Positions 1-9,842 are shown, counted from the stretch's first letter. The stretch is 32,000 bases of DNA from Microcystis aeruginosa NIES-2549 (GCF_000981785.2 NZ_CP011304.1:3780001-3812000), one strand, 5' to 3'. Notes: generated by a model not told the origin, from the letters alone. A program made the numbers and translations.

Positions 1-1077
1 TACGATCCCTTTATTTCCAAAGAACGGGCCGATCAACTCGGTTGCACCCTAGTGGATCTGGAACTACTCTTTGCCGAGTCCGATTTTATCACCCTCCACG
101 TCCCGAAAACTCCCGAAACCCAGCATCTCATCGGTCGGGAAACCATCGCTAAGATGAAACCCACGGTCCGCATCATTAACTGTTCCCGCGGCGGCATTAT
201 CGACGAGTTGGCTTTAATTGAAGCCCTCGAATCCGGTAGAATCGCCGGGGCAGCCTTGGATGTATTTGAACAGGAACCTTTAGGCGAATCTAGATTAAGG
301 GAATTGTCTAACGTCATCCTCACTCCCCACCTAGGCGCCTCGACTACGGAAGCGCAGGTGAATGTGGCTATTGATGTGGCCGAACAAATTCGCGATGTCC
401 TCCTCGGTTTGCCGGCGCGTTCGGCCGTTAATATCCCCGGACTAACTCCCGATGTTATGGAAAAACTGCGCCCTTACCTGCAATTAGCGGAAACTATGGG
501 TAATCTCGTCAGCCAGTTGGCAGGAGGTCGCTGTGACTCGTTAAATGTCCGTTTACAGGGAGAATTGGCCACTAAAGACAGTCAACCTCTGGTGGTAGCG
601 GCAATTAAGGGTTTACTTTCCCAAGCCCTCCGGGAACGGGTAAACTATGTTAACGCAGCGATCGAAGCTAAGGAACGCGGTATCCGGGTAATCGAAACTC
701 GGGATGCTTCCACCCGGGACTATTCGGGATCGATTCATTTGGAAGCTAATGGTTCCATGGGGACCCATTCCGTCACTGGAGCTCTGTTAAGTACGGGAGA
801 AATCCGCATTACTGACCTCGATGAGTTCCCCATTAACGTGCCACCGAGTAATCATATGCTCTTCACCCTTCACCAGGATATGCCAGGTATTATCGGTAAA
901 ATTGGCGCACTTTTAGGCAGTTTTAATGTCAATATCGCCAGTATGCAGGTAGGACGCAAAATTATTCGCGGTGACGCAGTTATGGCCCTGAGTCTCGATG
1001 ATCCTCTACCGGAAGGTCTTCTCTCGGAAATTACTAAAGTCCCCGGTATCCGCGATGCTTATACGGTAAAACTCTAG
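1..1077 (+). CDS. serA: D-3-phosphoglycerate dehydrogenase, C-terminal ~358 aa (5' end outside window)
   Basis: Frame-1 ORF is open from nt 1. It has 2-hydroxyacid dehydrogenase motifs (NCSRGGIIDE, ILTPHLGAST), then an intervening domain and a C-terminal ACT-like segment (LHQDMPGIIGKIGALLGSFNVNIASMQVGR). This is the long-form SerA architecture. Confidence 0.9.
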   Translation, partial: YDPFISKERADQLGCTLVDLELLFAESDFITLHVPKTPETQHLIGRETIAKMKPTVRIINCSRGGIIDELALIEALESGRIAGAALDVFEQEPLGESRLRELSNVILTPHLGASTTEAQVNVAIDVAEQIRDVLLGLPARSAVNIPGLTPDVMEKLRPYLQLAETMGNLVSQLAGGRCDSLNVRLQGELATKDSQPLVVAAIKGLLSQALRERVNYVNAAIEAKERGIRVIETRDASTRDYSGSIHLEANGSMGTHSVTGALLSTGEIRITDLDEFPINVPPSNHMLFTLHQDMPGIIGKIGALLGSFNVNIASMQVGRKIIRGDAVMALSLDDPLPEGLLSEITKVPGIRDAYTVKL

Positions 1078-1085
1078 ATTAAATC

Positions 1086-1124
1086 GGTTATCAGTAAACA
1101 GTAATCAGTAAACAGTAATCAGTG
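1086..1124. repeat. STRR heptamer array (CAGTAAA/CAGTAAT units, 14-nt period)
   Basis: TCAGTAAACAGTAA occurs twice in tandem, then TCAGTG, directly after the serA stop. Same family as 2628-2652 and 11201-11249 but in opposite orientation. Confidence 0.85.
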
Positions 1125-1145
1125 AAAGGAAAGCTCGGAACTTGC

Positions 1146-1185
1146 CACTTAATACTGTTGACTGAAAACTCAAATCTGATAACTG
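1146..1185. repeat. 40-nt dispersed repeat, inverted partner of 2289-2328
   Basis: The reverse complement of 1161-1185 is identical to 2289-2313 (CAGTTATCAGATTTGAGTTTTCAGT, 25 nt). The adjacent 15 nt match at 12 of 15 positions. Confidence 0.85.
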
Positions 1186-1295
1186 ATCCCTGATCACAAG
1201 GGCCGAATCTCAGACCTAATTGGTTAAGCTAAAAGCTTTGATGTGCTTAGTTTCTAACCTTCTTTTTAGGTAGGAGAATTGTCAGATTCTGTCTT

Positions 1296-1323
1296 TTGCC
1301 TCTTGCCTGTTGCCTCTTGCCTT
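1296..1323. repeat. STRR heptamer array TTGCCTN x4
   Basis: TTGCCTC TTGCCTG TTGCCTC TTGCCTT in tandem just upstream of prmA. The reverse complement (GAGGCAA x3) recurs at 27090-27110. Confidence 0.85.
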
Positions 1324-1343
1324 CAGAAGCTGATAACTAATAT

Positions 1344-2240
1344 ATGTCTAATAGTTGGTGGGAAATTACGGTTTTGTGCGAACCTAGTCTCGAAGAAACG
1401 GTTTTCTGGAGACTGGAGGATTTTGGCTGTTCGGGAACGGCCACTGCTAAAAAACAATCCTCTTTAGAGGTTAAAGCCTATATACCGGAAATTAAAGCGC
1501 AATTGCCTGATTTAGAGGCACTAAGCCTCTGGTTAAAGCAGGATGCTTTGATTTTAGGTTTTCCCGAACCTGTCAGCTATTGGCAGTTAATGGACGAGGA
1601 AGACTGGGCCAGCAGTTGGAAACAACATTGGCAGCTGGGCGAGATCGGCGATCGCTTTTTGATCTGTCCTGCCTGGTTAAATCCCCCGGAAAATAACCAG
1701 AGATTGGTGATTAAAATTGACCCCGGTTCCGCTTTCGGCACGGGAACGCATCCCACCACCCAATTATGCCTAGAATCCCTAGAAATGCGTTTAAGTAGCC
1801 ATCCAGAGAATAAAATTATCGCCGATATCGGTTGTGGTTCCGGCATACTGGCGATCGGGGCGATTTTATTAGGGGCCAAAAAAGTTTATGCTGTGGATAC
1901 AGATCCGCTGGCGGTGAGTGCGACGCGCAGTAATCGCCATCTCAACGGGATTAACCCCGAAAATTTGGCTATTAATCGGGGTAGTGTCGGGGAGTTATTA
2001 GAATTAATTCCCGATGGTGTCGATGGCATCGTTTGTAATATTTTAGCCGAGACAATTATCGCTTTAATGCCGGAAATCACCCGTCTGGCAAAACCCACCA
2101 CTTGGGGAATTTTAAGCGGCATCCTTGTTACCCAAGCACAAGCAGTTACAGATATTTTAGAACGCCAAGGCTGGACAGTGACTGCCCTGTGGAAACGTCA
2201 AGAATGGTGTTGTATTCAAATTCGTCGCGCTGTGGATTAA
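1344..2240 (+). CDS. prmA: Ribosomal protein L11 methyltransferase
   Basis: 298-aa ORF with the typical PrmA N-terminus (SNSWWEITV), a SAM-binding glycine motif ([11 protein letters not shown]) and the acidic DTDP motif. Confidence 0.9.
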   Translation: MSNSWWEITVLCEPSLEETVFWRLEDFGCSGTATAKKQSSLEVKAYIPEIKAQLPDLEALSLWLKQDALILGFPEPVSYWQLMDEEDWASSWKQHWQLGEIGDRFLICPAWLNPPENNQRLVIKIDPGSAFGTGTHPTTQLCLESLEMRLSSHPENKIIADIGCGSGILAIGAILLGAKKVYAVDTDPLAVSATRSNRHLNGINPENLAINRGSVGELLELIPDGVDGIVCNILAETIIALMPEITRLAKPTTWGILSGILVTQAQAVTDILERQGWTVTALWKRQEWCCIQIRRAVD

Positions 2241-2260
2241 TATAGCTGTCAGCCTGGAAT

Positions 2261-2298
2261 CAGTTATCAGTTATCAGTTATCAGTGAGCAGTTATCAG
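2261..2298. repeat. STRR heptamer array CAGTTAT
   Basis: CAGTTAT x3, CAGTGAG, CAGTTAT, CAG in tandem, starting 20 nt after the prmA stop. Confidence 0.9.
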
Positions 2299-2328
2299 AT
2301 TTGAGTTTTCAGTGAGCAGTATCAAGTG
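2289..2328. repeat. 40-nt dispersed repeat, inverted partner of 1146-1185
   Basis: See 1146-1185. Together the two copies bracket prmA in inverted orientation. Confidence 0.85.
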
Positions 2329-2409
2329 AGGAGTATTAAATGGCATTAACAGTGCTGTCTTGTCACTTCACTGATTACTATTTAGGGTTTGCGGCAAAAA
2401 GTTTTTCGT

Positions 2410-2447
2410 GGGGGCAGGGTGTGGGGTGTAGGGTGTAGGGTGTAGGG
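2410..2447 (+). repeat. G-rich heptamer array (GGGTGTA/GGGTGTG), potential G-quadruplex motif
   Basis: Six G-runs of 3-5 nt (2410-2414, 2417-2419, 2423-2426, 2431-2433, 2438-2440, 2445-2447) separated by loops of 2-4 nt. Confidence 0.8.
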
Positions 2448-2627
2448 TTTTAGCGATTTTCAGGACGTTCGGCGAGATCAGTCGAGCCGGGGTCAATTAC
2501 CTAATTTTCAGGGAAAAAGTGCCTAAACTTCCCCCCGATCACCCCAATGCCTGGCACTTTTTGATGGGAAAAAAGTCTAAAATTCTTATCCAACAAGGTT
2601 TTTAGATTTATTCAGCAAGCCCTATTT

Positions 2628-2652
2628 ACTGATTACTGTTTACTGATCACTG
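2628..2652. repeat. STRR heptamer array ACTGATT/ACTGTTT/ACTGATC
   Basis: ACTGATT ACTGTTT ACTGATC ACTG in tandem, 13 nt upstream of the moaE ATG. Confidence 0.85.
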
Positions 2653-2664
2653 AAAAAAGCATCC

Positions 2665-3111
2665 ATGACGCTAGATAGTTTTCGCATCAGTTTTGCTCCT
2701 TTATCTTTGCAGGAAGTATATCAATTAGCCGATGATGGGGCTAATGGAGCTATTGTACTAATGAGTGGTACTGTACGGGAGCAAACCGACGGTAAACCGG
2801 TTATTTATCTTGATTATCAGGCCTACGAACCCATGGCGATCGAAGTTTTCCGGCAAATTGCTCGGCAAATTCGGCAAACTTGGTCCGATACCAATCGAGT
2901 TGTCATTCACCATCGCACTGGTAAGCTAAAAATCGGGGAAATTAGCGTCTTAGTAGCGGTGGGTTGTCCCCATCGGGGGGAAGCTTTCGCAGCCTGTCGT
3001 TATGCTATTGATACTCTCAAACATAATGCCCCCATCTGGAAAAAAGAATACTGGTCTGATGGCTCTAGTCAATGGGTTAGTATTGGGGCCTGTGAACTGG
3101 AAAATCGATAA
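2665..3111 (+). CDS. moaE: Molybdopterin synthase catalytic subunit
   Basis: 148-aa ORF with the MoaE-type layout: GAIVLMSGTVRE, VVIHHRTGKLKIGEISVLVAV, APIWKKEYW. Confidence 0.9.
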   Translation: MTLDSFRISFAPLSLQEVYQLADDGANGAIVLMSGTVREQTDGKPVIYLDYQAYEPMAIEVFRQIARQIRQTWSDTNRVVIHHRTGKLKIGEISVLVAVGCPHRGEAFAACRYAIDTLKHNAPIWKKEYWSDGSSQWVSIGACELENR

Positions 3112-3121
3112 ATGGGGTTAA

Positions 3122-3143
3122 GGATGGGTTTATTTACCCATCC
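3122..3143. terminator. Hairpin between the convergent moaE and radical SAM genes
   Basis: GGATGGGT (3122-3129) and ACCCATCC (3136-3143) form a perfect 8-bp stem with a 6-nt loop, inside the 41-nt convergent spacer. There is no clear U-tract, so terminator function is inferred only. Confidence 0.45.
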
Positions 3144-3152
3144 TCGGAATAA

Positions 3153-4721
3153 TTAGGCCGCTATGGCGGTTTTTTCCGCTATTAATGCCTCTTGGCGTTG
3201 GAATTCGGCTAATTGTGCCGTAATTTCATCCCGGACAATCTGACGGTATTCAAGGAAATGCTCGTTGTGGGCGCAGACAGTGATATAGTGTTCGGCATTG
3301 GCGGGATTATGACGCAAAATACCGAATAAATTCTGCCAGAATTTCCAGCGAGTGGAACGTTTAAAGCCCTGTCGCCAGATAATTACCGCTAGGGCATAGA
3401 GATCGGCCCGGCGAGGCAGTTTAAAGGCAGGTTTAGCTTTAGGTGCGCCTAATTTCAGGAAACAGCGATAGGTGCGATCGAGAAATACCTCTGGATCGTA
3501 CAATGTCCAGAAGGCTTCAATATATTCTGTGGCAATATCTTCGATCGGCCGGGTGGGAACGAAATTCATCAGGGTACTTTGGTTAATGTCCTGTTTCCCC
3601 GTTAATCGTAGTCGTCCTTCTTTTTCCAAGCGAGTCCATAGAGCGGTATTCGGTAAAGCTTGTAACATTCCGAAGAGAGCGGTAGGAATGGCCGCTTCTT
3701 CGACAAAATTAATAATGCGATCGGCCGCTCCTTTTTTCTCGCCATCAAAACCGATGATAAATCCAGCCATAGGGCGCAATCCGGCTTTAATAATCTTATC
3801 TACCGTCTCGGTTAAGGAACTACGGGTATTTTGGAATTTTTTGGTTAATTGTAAACTTTCTTCGTCGGGGGTTTCAATGCCTAAAAAGACGGCATCAAAG
3901 TAACAATCGACCATCATTTCCATTAATTCGGGATCGGCGGCTAAATCTACCGATGCTTCCGTGTTAAACCGGAAAGGATACTGGTGTTCTTCTTGCCAAA
4001 CTTTTAATTCTTTGAGGAGTAATTTAACGTTGCGTTTGTTACCGATAAAATTATCATCTACCATGAACACGCCCCGGCGCCAACCTAACTCGTAGAGATA
4101 ATCTAATTCTTTTAATAATTGTGCGGGGGTTTTGGTGCGGGGTTTACGACCATAGAGAACGATAATATCGCAAAATTCGCACTGGAAGGGACAGCCCCGC
4201 GAAAACTGCACTGACATGGAATCATAAGCTTCAAAATCGAGCAAATCGTAGCGTGGAACTGGGGTAATTGTCACATCGGGTTTTTCTGTGGTGCGGAAAA
4301 CACCTTTGGTTTCTCCTCTTGCCAATGCTTCCACAAACATCGGAATGGTGATTTCTCCCTCATCGAGAATCAGAAAATCGGCCTCAGCAACTTCATGGGG
4401 GATAGAAGTGGGATAGGGACCACCCACAGCCACCAGTTTACCCCGTTGCTTGGCTTCGTGAATTTGCTCGATTAAATCTTGACGTTGCACAATCATGCCG
4501 GAAAGAATCACTATTTCGGCCCAGTCCCATTCTGCTTCTGTTACCGCCCGAATATTGCGATCAACCAGTTTAAATTCCCATTCCTGGGGTAAAATCGCCG
4601 CCACCGTCACCATACCCAGGGGAGGAAGTAAGACTTTGCGATCAACTAATTCCAGAATTTTGTTATAGGACCAGAAAGTCGGCGGAAAAACGGGATAAAT
4701 CAGTAAGGCGCGCATATTCAC
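3153..4721 (-). CDS. B12-binding domain radical SAM protein (DUF4070-type C-terminus)
   Basis: 522-aa ORF. The N-terminal region resembles a B12-binding Rossmann domain (LLIYPVFPP...LPPLGMVTVAAIL). It has a CX3CX2C cluster motif (SRGCPFQCEFCD) and a long C-terminal extension typical of this class. Confidence 0.85.
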   Translation of the reverse strand: MNMRALLIYPVFPPTFWSYNKILELVDRKVLLPPLGMVTVAAILPQEWEFKLVDRNIRAVTEAEWDWAEIVILSGMIVQRQDLIEQIHEAKQRGKLVAVGGPYPTSIPHEVAEADFLILDEGEITIPMFVEALARGETKGVFRTTEKPDVTITPVPRYDLLDFEAYDSMSVQFSRGCPFQCEFCDIIVLYGRKPRTKTPAQLLKELDYLYELGWRRGVFMVDDNFIGNKRNVKLLLKELKVWQEEHQYPFRFNTEASVDLAADPELMEMMVDCYFDAVFLGIETPDEESLQLTKKFQNTRSSLTETVDKIIKAGLRPMAGFIIGFDGEKKGAADRIINFVEEAAIPTALFGMLQALPNTALWTRLEKEGRLRLTGKQDINQSTLMNFVPTRPIEDIATEYIEAFWTLYDPEVFLDRTYRCFLKLGAPKAKPAFKLPRRADLYALAVIIWRQGFKRSTRWKFWQNLFGILRHNPANAEHYITVCAHNEHFLEYRQIVRDEITAQLAEFQRQEALIAEKTAIAA

Positions 4722-4895
4722 TCCTCGCTCGATGGCGATCGATTCTTGACCTTTCGCTTGATTGTAATCTTTTTCGGTCAGGGATGGGAAAACCGTTATT
4801 TAGCCCTAGAACTAAGATCAGGCTTGATTTTCGGCCGCCATTGCCAACCCTTGACCCTGCCCCGATAAAAGTTTATGGTCAACATTAATAAAATT

Positions 4896-4948
4896 TATGT
4901 AAACAAATGTTGCATAGTCTGGGAAGTTATGTTACATTTAATATCAAG
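4896..4948 (+). promoter_or_regulatory. HLR1-like (RpaB-type) repeats upstream of the HLIP gene
   Basis: 4896-4913 read on the minus strand is GCAACATT-TG-TTTACATA. 4931-4948 on the plus strand is GTTACATT-TA-ATATCAAG. Each has one perfect and one degenerate (G/T)TTACA(T/A)(T/A) unit with a 2-nt spacer. A TATTAT -10 candidate lies at 4970-4975 and the ATG at 4992. Confidence 0.35.
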
Positions 4949-4991
4949 CACTTGAATCAAATGCAATTTTATTATAGGAAGGCAATTCACC

Positions 4992-5135
4992 ATGGATAAG
5001 CAAGAAAACAAACTCGGCTTCACCGCTTTCGCTGAAAACTGGAATGGTCGTTTAGCCATGCTCGGTTTCGTTATTGGCGTAGCTACGGAATACTTAACCC
5101 ACAAAGGCATCCTTGCTCAATTAGGCTTAATGTAA
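4992..5135 (+). CDS. High-light-inducible protein (HLIP/SCP, single-helix CAB family), 47 aa
   Basis: My own translation, since the ORF is below the track size cutoff: MDKQENKLGFTAFAENWNGRLAMLGFVIGVATEYLTHKGILAQLGLM. It contains the chlorophyll-binding CAB motif E-x-x-N-G-R-x-A-M-x-G-F and is followed by a strong terminator. Confidence 0.85.
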   Translation: MDKQENKLGFTAFAENWNGRLAMLGFVIGVATEYLTHKGILAQLGLM

Positions 5136-5189
5136 TTTCAGCCTCGATTGGTGTGCATCTACAATCACTTTACTAAATTGTTAAAAAAA

Positions 5190-5217
5190 GGGGAGGAGCA
5201 TAGCTCTTTCCCTTTTT
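5190..5217 (+). terminator. Rho-independent terminator of the HLIP gene
   Basis: GGGGAGGAGC / GCTCTTTCCC form a 10-bp stem (two G-U pairs) with a 3-nt loop, followed by T5 (5213-5217). It is preceded by A7, so it could act in both directions. Confidence 0.75.
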
Positions 5218-5399
5218 AAATGGGAGGTTGGGGAGATTTTTCAGTGATCAGTAAACAATAATCACTCGTGGTGAAGCTAAGTAGTGAGTAGTATCAATAG
5301 GGCAGAGGGAATCTTTAAGAAATTACCCAAAATCCCTGAGTATAGATATTGACGGCGCTAGACTCCCAACGTATAGATAAATACTGTTTCTGGAAGCCC

Positions 5400-6836
5400 A
5401 TGACTGTGAGCTACGAAAAAATCACCCCACCGACAACAGGCTCGAAAATTGCTTTTTCTGACGGAAAACCTCTAGTTCCCGACGATCCCATCATTCCCTT
5501 CATTCGTGGTGACGGTACGGGGGTCGATATCTGGCCCGCAACCGAAAAAGTTATCGATGCGGCGATCGCAACAGCCTACGCTGGTCAAAGGAAAATCCAT
5601 TGGTTTAAAGTCTATGCTGGCGATGAAGCTTGCGAAATCTACGGGACTTATCAATATCTACCCCAAGATACATTGACAGCGATTAAAGAATATGGTATGG
5701 CCATCAAGGGTCCCTTGACCACTCCCATCGGTGGCGGCATTCGTTCCCTGAATGTGGCTTTGCGGCAAATTTTTGACCTCTATGCCTGTGTTCGTCCCTG
5801 TCGTTACTATGCGGGAACCCCTTCCCCCCATAAAACCCCAGAAAAACTCGATGTCATCGTCTATCGGGAAAATACCGAGGATATATATCTGGGCATCGAA
5901 TGGAAACAAGGCACGGAAATCGCCGATAAACTGATTAATTATCTCAACACCGAACTAATTCCCGCCACTCCCGAACACGGTAAAAAACAAATTCCCCTCG
6001 ATGCGGGTATCGGGATCAAACCGATTAGTAAGACGGGTTCCCAAAGATTAGTCCGCCGGGCGATCGAACGAGCGCTGACTTTACCGAAACCGAAAAATCA
6101 AGTTACTCTCGTCCACAAGGGTAACATTATGAAATATACGGAAGGGGCGTTCCGGGATTGGGGTTATGAATTAGCTAAAAGTGAATTCCGGGATGTGTGC
6201 GTTACCGAGATGGAATCATGGATCCTGAGCAATAAAGAGAAAAACCCAGATCTGAGCATCGAAGATAACGCCCGCATGGTGGAACCGGGTTATGATGCCC
6301 TCACGGACGAGAAAAAAGCTAAAATCTGTCAAGAAGTTACCAGTGTTCTCGATGCTATCTGGGAAACCCACGGCAATGGGCAGTGGAAAGATAAAATTAT
6401 GGTTAACGATCGCATTGCCGATAGTATCTTCCAACAGATCCAAACCCGTCCCGATGAATACTCGATCCTCGCTACCATGAACCTGAATGGCGATTATCTT
6501 TCCGATGCGGCAGCGGCGATCGTGGGTGGCTTAGGGATGGGACCTGGGGCGAATATTGGCGATACTTGCGCTATTTTTGAGGCAACCCACGGCACGGCCC
6601 CTAAACACGCCGGTTTAGACCGAATTAACCCCGGTTCGGTGATTCTTTCCGGGGTGATGATGTTGGAATACATGGGATGGCAAGAAGCAGCCGATTTGAT
6701 TAAAAAAGGCATCGCAGCAGCGATCGCTAATCGACAAGTTACCTACGATTTAGCGCGTCTGATGGAACCCCCCGTTAATCCTCCCCTGAAATGTTCCGAA
6801 TTTGCCGATGCAATCATCTCCCATTTTGGGGATTAA
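5400..6836 (+). CDS. icd: NADP-dependent isocitrate dehydrogenase
   Basis: Carries the isocitrate/isopropylmalate dehydrogenase signature [10 protein letters not shown] and has prokaryotic homodimeric IDH length. The track ORF begins at a TTG (5349); I prefer the ATG at 5400 ([11 protein letters not shown]...). Confidence 0.9.
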   Translation: MTVSYEKITPPTTGSKIAFSDGKPLVPDDPIIPFIRGDGTGVDIWPATEKVIDAAIATAYAGQRKIHWFKVYAGDEACEIYGTYQYLPQDTLTAIKEYGMAIKGPLTTPIGGGIRSLNVALRQIFDLYACVRPCRYYAGTPSPHKTPEKLDVIVYRENTEDIYLGIEWKQGTEIADKLINYLNTELIPATPEHGKKQIPLDAGIGIKPISKTGSQRLVRRAIERALTLPKPKNQVTLVHKGNIMKYTEGAFRDWGYELAKSEFRDVCVTEMESWILSNKEKNPDLSIEDNARMVEPGYDALTDEKKAKICQEVTSVLDAIWETHGNGQWKDKIMVNDRIADSIFQQIQTRPDEYSILATMNLNGDYLSDAAAAIVGGLGMGPGANIGDTCAIFEATHGTAPKHAGLDRINPGSVILSGVMMLEYMGWQEAADLIKKGIAAAIANRQVTYDLARLMEPPVNPPLKCSEFADAIISHFGD

Positions 6837-6845
6837 TTTTCCGGT

Positions 6846-6874
6846 TAGGGTAGCCTGAAAACTGCCCTATTTTT
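6846..6874 (+). terminator. Rho-independent terminator after icd
   Basis: TAGGGTAG / CTGCCCTA form an 8-bp stem (one G-U pair) with an 8-nt loop, followed by T5 (6870-6874). It lies in the convergent icd/valS spacer. Confidence 0.65.
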
Positions 6875-6905
6875 CGGAAAATCCCCAAAATAACCCCTGC
6901 CTCCG

Positions 6906-9626
6906 TTAATGCAGACGTTTTAAGCGTTCTTGGAGAATTTGGGCTTGTTTTTCGGACTCTGCTAAAGCTTGCTTCGTTTTTTCGATTAAAGCTTCTGGAG
7001 CTTTTTCGACGAAGCTAGGTTTATTTAGGCGATCGCTCAAACTCTTGATTTCCCCTTCTACCTTAGCTAAATTTTTCGCTAATTTCCCAGCCAATACCGA
7101 TATATCAACCAATCCGGACAGGGGGATGAGGATTTCTACCGTAGCGACAACACCGGCGATCGCTTGATTGACTTCCTCGGTTATTTTGTCCGTCAAAATT
7201 AACTTTTCGATCTTGGCCAAGTCTTTTAAGTACACTTGTCCGCGTTGCAAAATAGCTAATTCTTGGCTGTTTTCTGTCTGTAAAATTGCCGTGATCGTTG
7301 CTCCCGGTTTAATCCCCGCTTCGGCCCGCAAATTACGCAACCCCCGAATACTTTCTATTAATAACTCAAAAGTATTTTCTAAGTCTAAATCGATCAGAGA
7401 ACTATCAGCTATTGGATAGGTTTCTAAAGCCAAAACCTGCTGATTTTCTTGGGTTAAATGATGCCAAATTTCTTCGGTAATATGGGGCATAAAGGGATGT
7501 AATAATTTTAATGTCCCTGCCAAGATAAAAGCCAAAGTTTGCCGGGCCGTAGCGCAGGAAACCGATTCTTTATCCTTCCATAAACGAGTTTTTACTAACT
7601 CGATATACCAATCACAGAAATCGCCCCAGATAAATTCGTATAGACCTTTTGCCGCTTCTCCCATGCCATAATTTTCTAGATAATCTCTAGTTTTTTGCAC
7701 TGTTTGATGATAACGAGATAAAATCCAGCGATCAGCTAATTCTAAATTTTCTAAAACTGGTTCTCCCAATTCTTCTGGGGTTTTTCCCTCCAGATTCATC
7801 ATCACAAAACGGGAAGCATTCCAAATTTTATTGGCAAAATTTCGGGCTGCTTCTACGGATTCCGATTCATCGGTTTTACGGTTATATTGCAGACTGATAT
7901 CCTGTCCTGCTCCTGCCACTTCTCGGATTAAGGTATATCGTAAAGCATCGGTTCCATATTTATCAATTAAAATTAGGGGATCGATGCCGTTATTAGCAGA
8001 TTTAGACATCTTTTTACCGTTTTCATCCCTAACTAAACCGTGAATATAGACATCTTTAAAGGGCATTTGTCGCGTAAAATAGCCCGCCATCATCGTCATT
8101 CTGGCCACCCAGAAAAAGATAATATCAAAACCAGTGACGAGGGTTGTGGTGGGATAATAGGTATCTAGATCAAGGGTTTTTTCTGGCCATCCCATAGTCG
8201 AAAATGGCCACAATCCCGAGGAAAACCAAGTATCTAAAACATCGGGGTCTTGTTGAATAATTATATCCTCTCCATACTCTTGTTTAGCCTTGGCTAAAGC
8301 GGAGGTTTCATCTGGGGCAACGACGAAGGGAGTATGGTTAGTAATTTCGTTATTAGTTTCACTGATAATATACCAAGCGGGAATTTGATGACCCCACCAC
8401 AGTTGTCGAGAAATACACCAATCTTTTAGTTTAACTAACCAATCGCGATAAACTTTTGTCCATCTTTCTGGCACAAAACGGGGCGAGTTTTCCTGATCTA
8501 AACAGGCTAAAGCTTTTGTGGCTAAAGGTTCAATTTTAACGAACCATTGGGTAGATAAAAGGGGTTCCACGGGAACTTTACCTCGATCGCTATAGGGGAC
8601 GCTATGGCGATAGGCTTCAATCTTAACTAAAAAGCCGTCTTCATCGAGTTTTTTAACGACATTTTTGCGGGCAACAAAACGATCTTGACCTGCGAATATT
8701 CCGGCATTTTCGTTTAAACTACCGTCTAAATTCATGATATTAATAAAGGCTAAATTATGGCGTTTACCCATCTCAAAATCCTTGGGATCGTGGGCCGGCG
8801 TAACTTTGACGCAACCGGTACCGAATTCGGGATCCACCAATTCATCGGCAATAATGGGGATTTCTCGCCCCATTATCGGTAAAGTGACGGTTTTGCCGAT
8901 TAAATGACGATAACGGGGGTCTTGCGGGTTGACAGCTACACCAGTATCACCGAGCATGGTTTCGGGCCTTGTGGTGGCTACTTGAAGATAACCGCTACCA
9001 TCGCTAAGAGGATAGCGAAAATACCAGAGATTTCCCTCAATGTCCTTGTTTTCTACCTCTAAATCGGAAACGGCCGACCGGGATTCGGGACACCAGTTAA
9101 CTAAGTATTGACCGCGATAGATTAATCCGTCCTCATAGAGTTTGATAAAAGCAGTACGGACAGCATGGGAAAGTCCCTCGTCCATGGTGAAACGTTCCCG
9201 CGTCCAATCGACGGATACCCCCAAGCGTCGCAGTTGATTAACAATGGTACTACCGGACTCCTCTTTCCATTGCCAAGCGCGTTCGAGGAATTTTTCCCTT
9301 CCTAGTTGGTAACGGTCGGTTTTTTCGGCTTTTAATTGGCGATCGAGTATGGCTTGTACTGCAATACTAGCGTGATCCGTCCCGGGCAGCCAGAGGGTAT
9401 TTTTGCCGGTCATGCGCTTGTAGCGAACAAGTGTATCAATCAAGGAACTCTCGAAGGCGTGACCCATGTGCAGACTACCGGTAACATTGGGAGGGGGGAT
9501 GACTATACAGTAGGTTTCGCCGCCTTTTTCGGGGTTTGCTGTAAATATTTCTTGATTTTCCCAATATTGCTGCCATTTGGTTTCTGTGATCTTGGGATCG
9601 TATTGCTTCGATAGTTCCGAGGTCAT
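6906..9626 (-). CDS. valS: Valine--tRNA ligase
   Basis: 906-aa ORF with a class I HIGH region ([14 protein letters not shown]), a KMSKS motif ([10 protein letters not shown]), a CP1 editing-domain-sized insert and a C-terminal coiled coil. Confidence 0.95.
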   Translation of the reverse strand: MTSELSKQYDPKITETKWQQYWENQEIFTANPEKGGETYCIVIPPPNVTGSLHMGHAFESSLIDTLVRYKRMTGKNTLWLPGTDHASIAVQAILDRQLKAEKTDRYQLGREKFLERAWQWKEESGSTIVNQLRRLGVSVDWTRERFTMDEGLSHAVRTAFIKLYEDGLIYRGQYLVNWCPESRSAVSDLEVENKDIEGNLWYFRYPLSDGSGYLQVATTRPETMLGDTGVAVNPQDPRYRHLIGKTVTLPIMGREIPIIADELVDPEFGTGCVKVTPAHDPKDFEMGKRHNLAFINIMNLDGSLNENAGIFAGQDRFVARKNVVKKLDEDGFLVKIEAYRHSVPYSDRGKVPVEPLLSTQWFVKIEPLATKALACLDQENSPRFVPERWTKVYRDWLVKLKDWCISRQLWWGHQIPAWYIISETNNEITNHTPFVVAPDETSALAKAKQEYGEDIIIQQDPDVLDTWFSSGLWPFSTMGWPEKTLDLDTYYPTTTLVTGFDIIFFWVARMTMMAGYFTRQMPFKDVYIHGLVRDENGKKMSKSANNGIDPLILIDKYGTDALRYTLIREVAGAGQDISLQYNRKTDESESVEAARNFANKIWNASRFVMMNLEGKTPEELGEPVLENLELADRWILSRYHQTVQKTRDYLENYGMGEAAKGLYEFIWGDFCDWYIELVKTRLWKDKESVSCATARQTLAFILAGTLKLLHPFMPHITEEIWHHLTQENQQVLALETYPIADSSLIDLDLENTFELLIESIRGLRNLRAEAGIKPGATITAILQTENSQELAILQRGQVYLKDLAKIEKLILTDKITEEVNQAIAGVVATVEILIPLSGLVDISVLAGKLAKNLAKVEGEIKSLSDRLNKPSFVEKAPEALIEKTKQALAESEKQAQILQERLKRLH

Positions 9627-9810
9627 GATGGGGGGATTCTACAATTCTTAGTTCTTTGTCAATTGTCCCACATTTGGGAGAGATCAAATTCCTGTTTAGT
9701 TGCTGGCTAAAAATTTTCAAGAGTCCTATTAAAATAGCTGTTATCTTTTGCTCGGCTAAACCTAGCTAATTTATGGTAACTTTTTTGTATCTCACCAGTA
9801 CAATAATTGC

Positions 9811-9816
9811 TATAAT
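9811..9816 (+). promoter_or_regulatory. Candidate -10 box (TATAAT) for the Uma2 gene
   Basis: Perfect TATAAT 27 nt upstream of the ATG at 9843. No convincing -35 element. Confidence 0.3.
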
Positions 9817-9842
9817 CAATTGGGGGACTCAATCAATAAATT

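Noticed and set aside
33-323. Antisense or overlapping track ORFs inside well-supported genes (e.g. 33..323, 1577..1879, 3472..3903, 5658..5909, 7168..7419, 10543..10872, 13528..13761, 17371..17709, 25211..25546, 30498..30737, 31642..31914).
   Set aside because: Each lies wholly within, and opposite to or out of frame with, a long ORF that has clear family motifs. Their translations are low-complexity or Arg/Ser/Pro-rich, typical of shadow frames.
1279-1467. 62-aa ORF overlapping the prmA start.
   Set aside because: It begins inside the TTGCCTN heptamer array and overlaps prmA out of frame. It has no recognisable motif.
2326-2334. ACTCCTCAC on the minus strand, resembling the Yfr1 sRNA core ACUCCUCACAC.
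   Set aside because: Only 9 of 11 nt match, there are no flanking stem-loops, and it lies inside the 40-nt dispersed repeat.
5281-5294. NtcA-like site GTA-N8-TAT upstream of icd (icd is NtcA-regulated in some cyanobacteria).
   Set aside because: The second half-site is imperfect (TAT rather than TAC) and there is no convincing -10 at the expected distance. The sequence belongs to a repeat motif (AGTGAGTAGTATCAA, compare 2311-2325).
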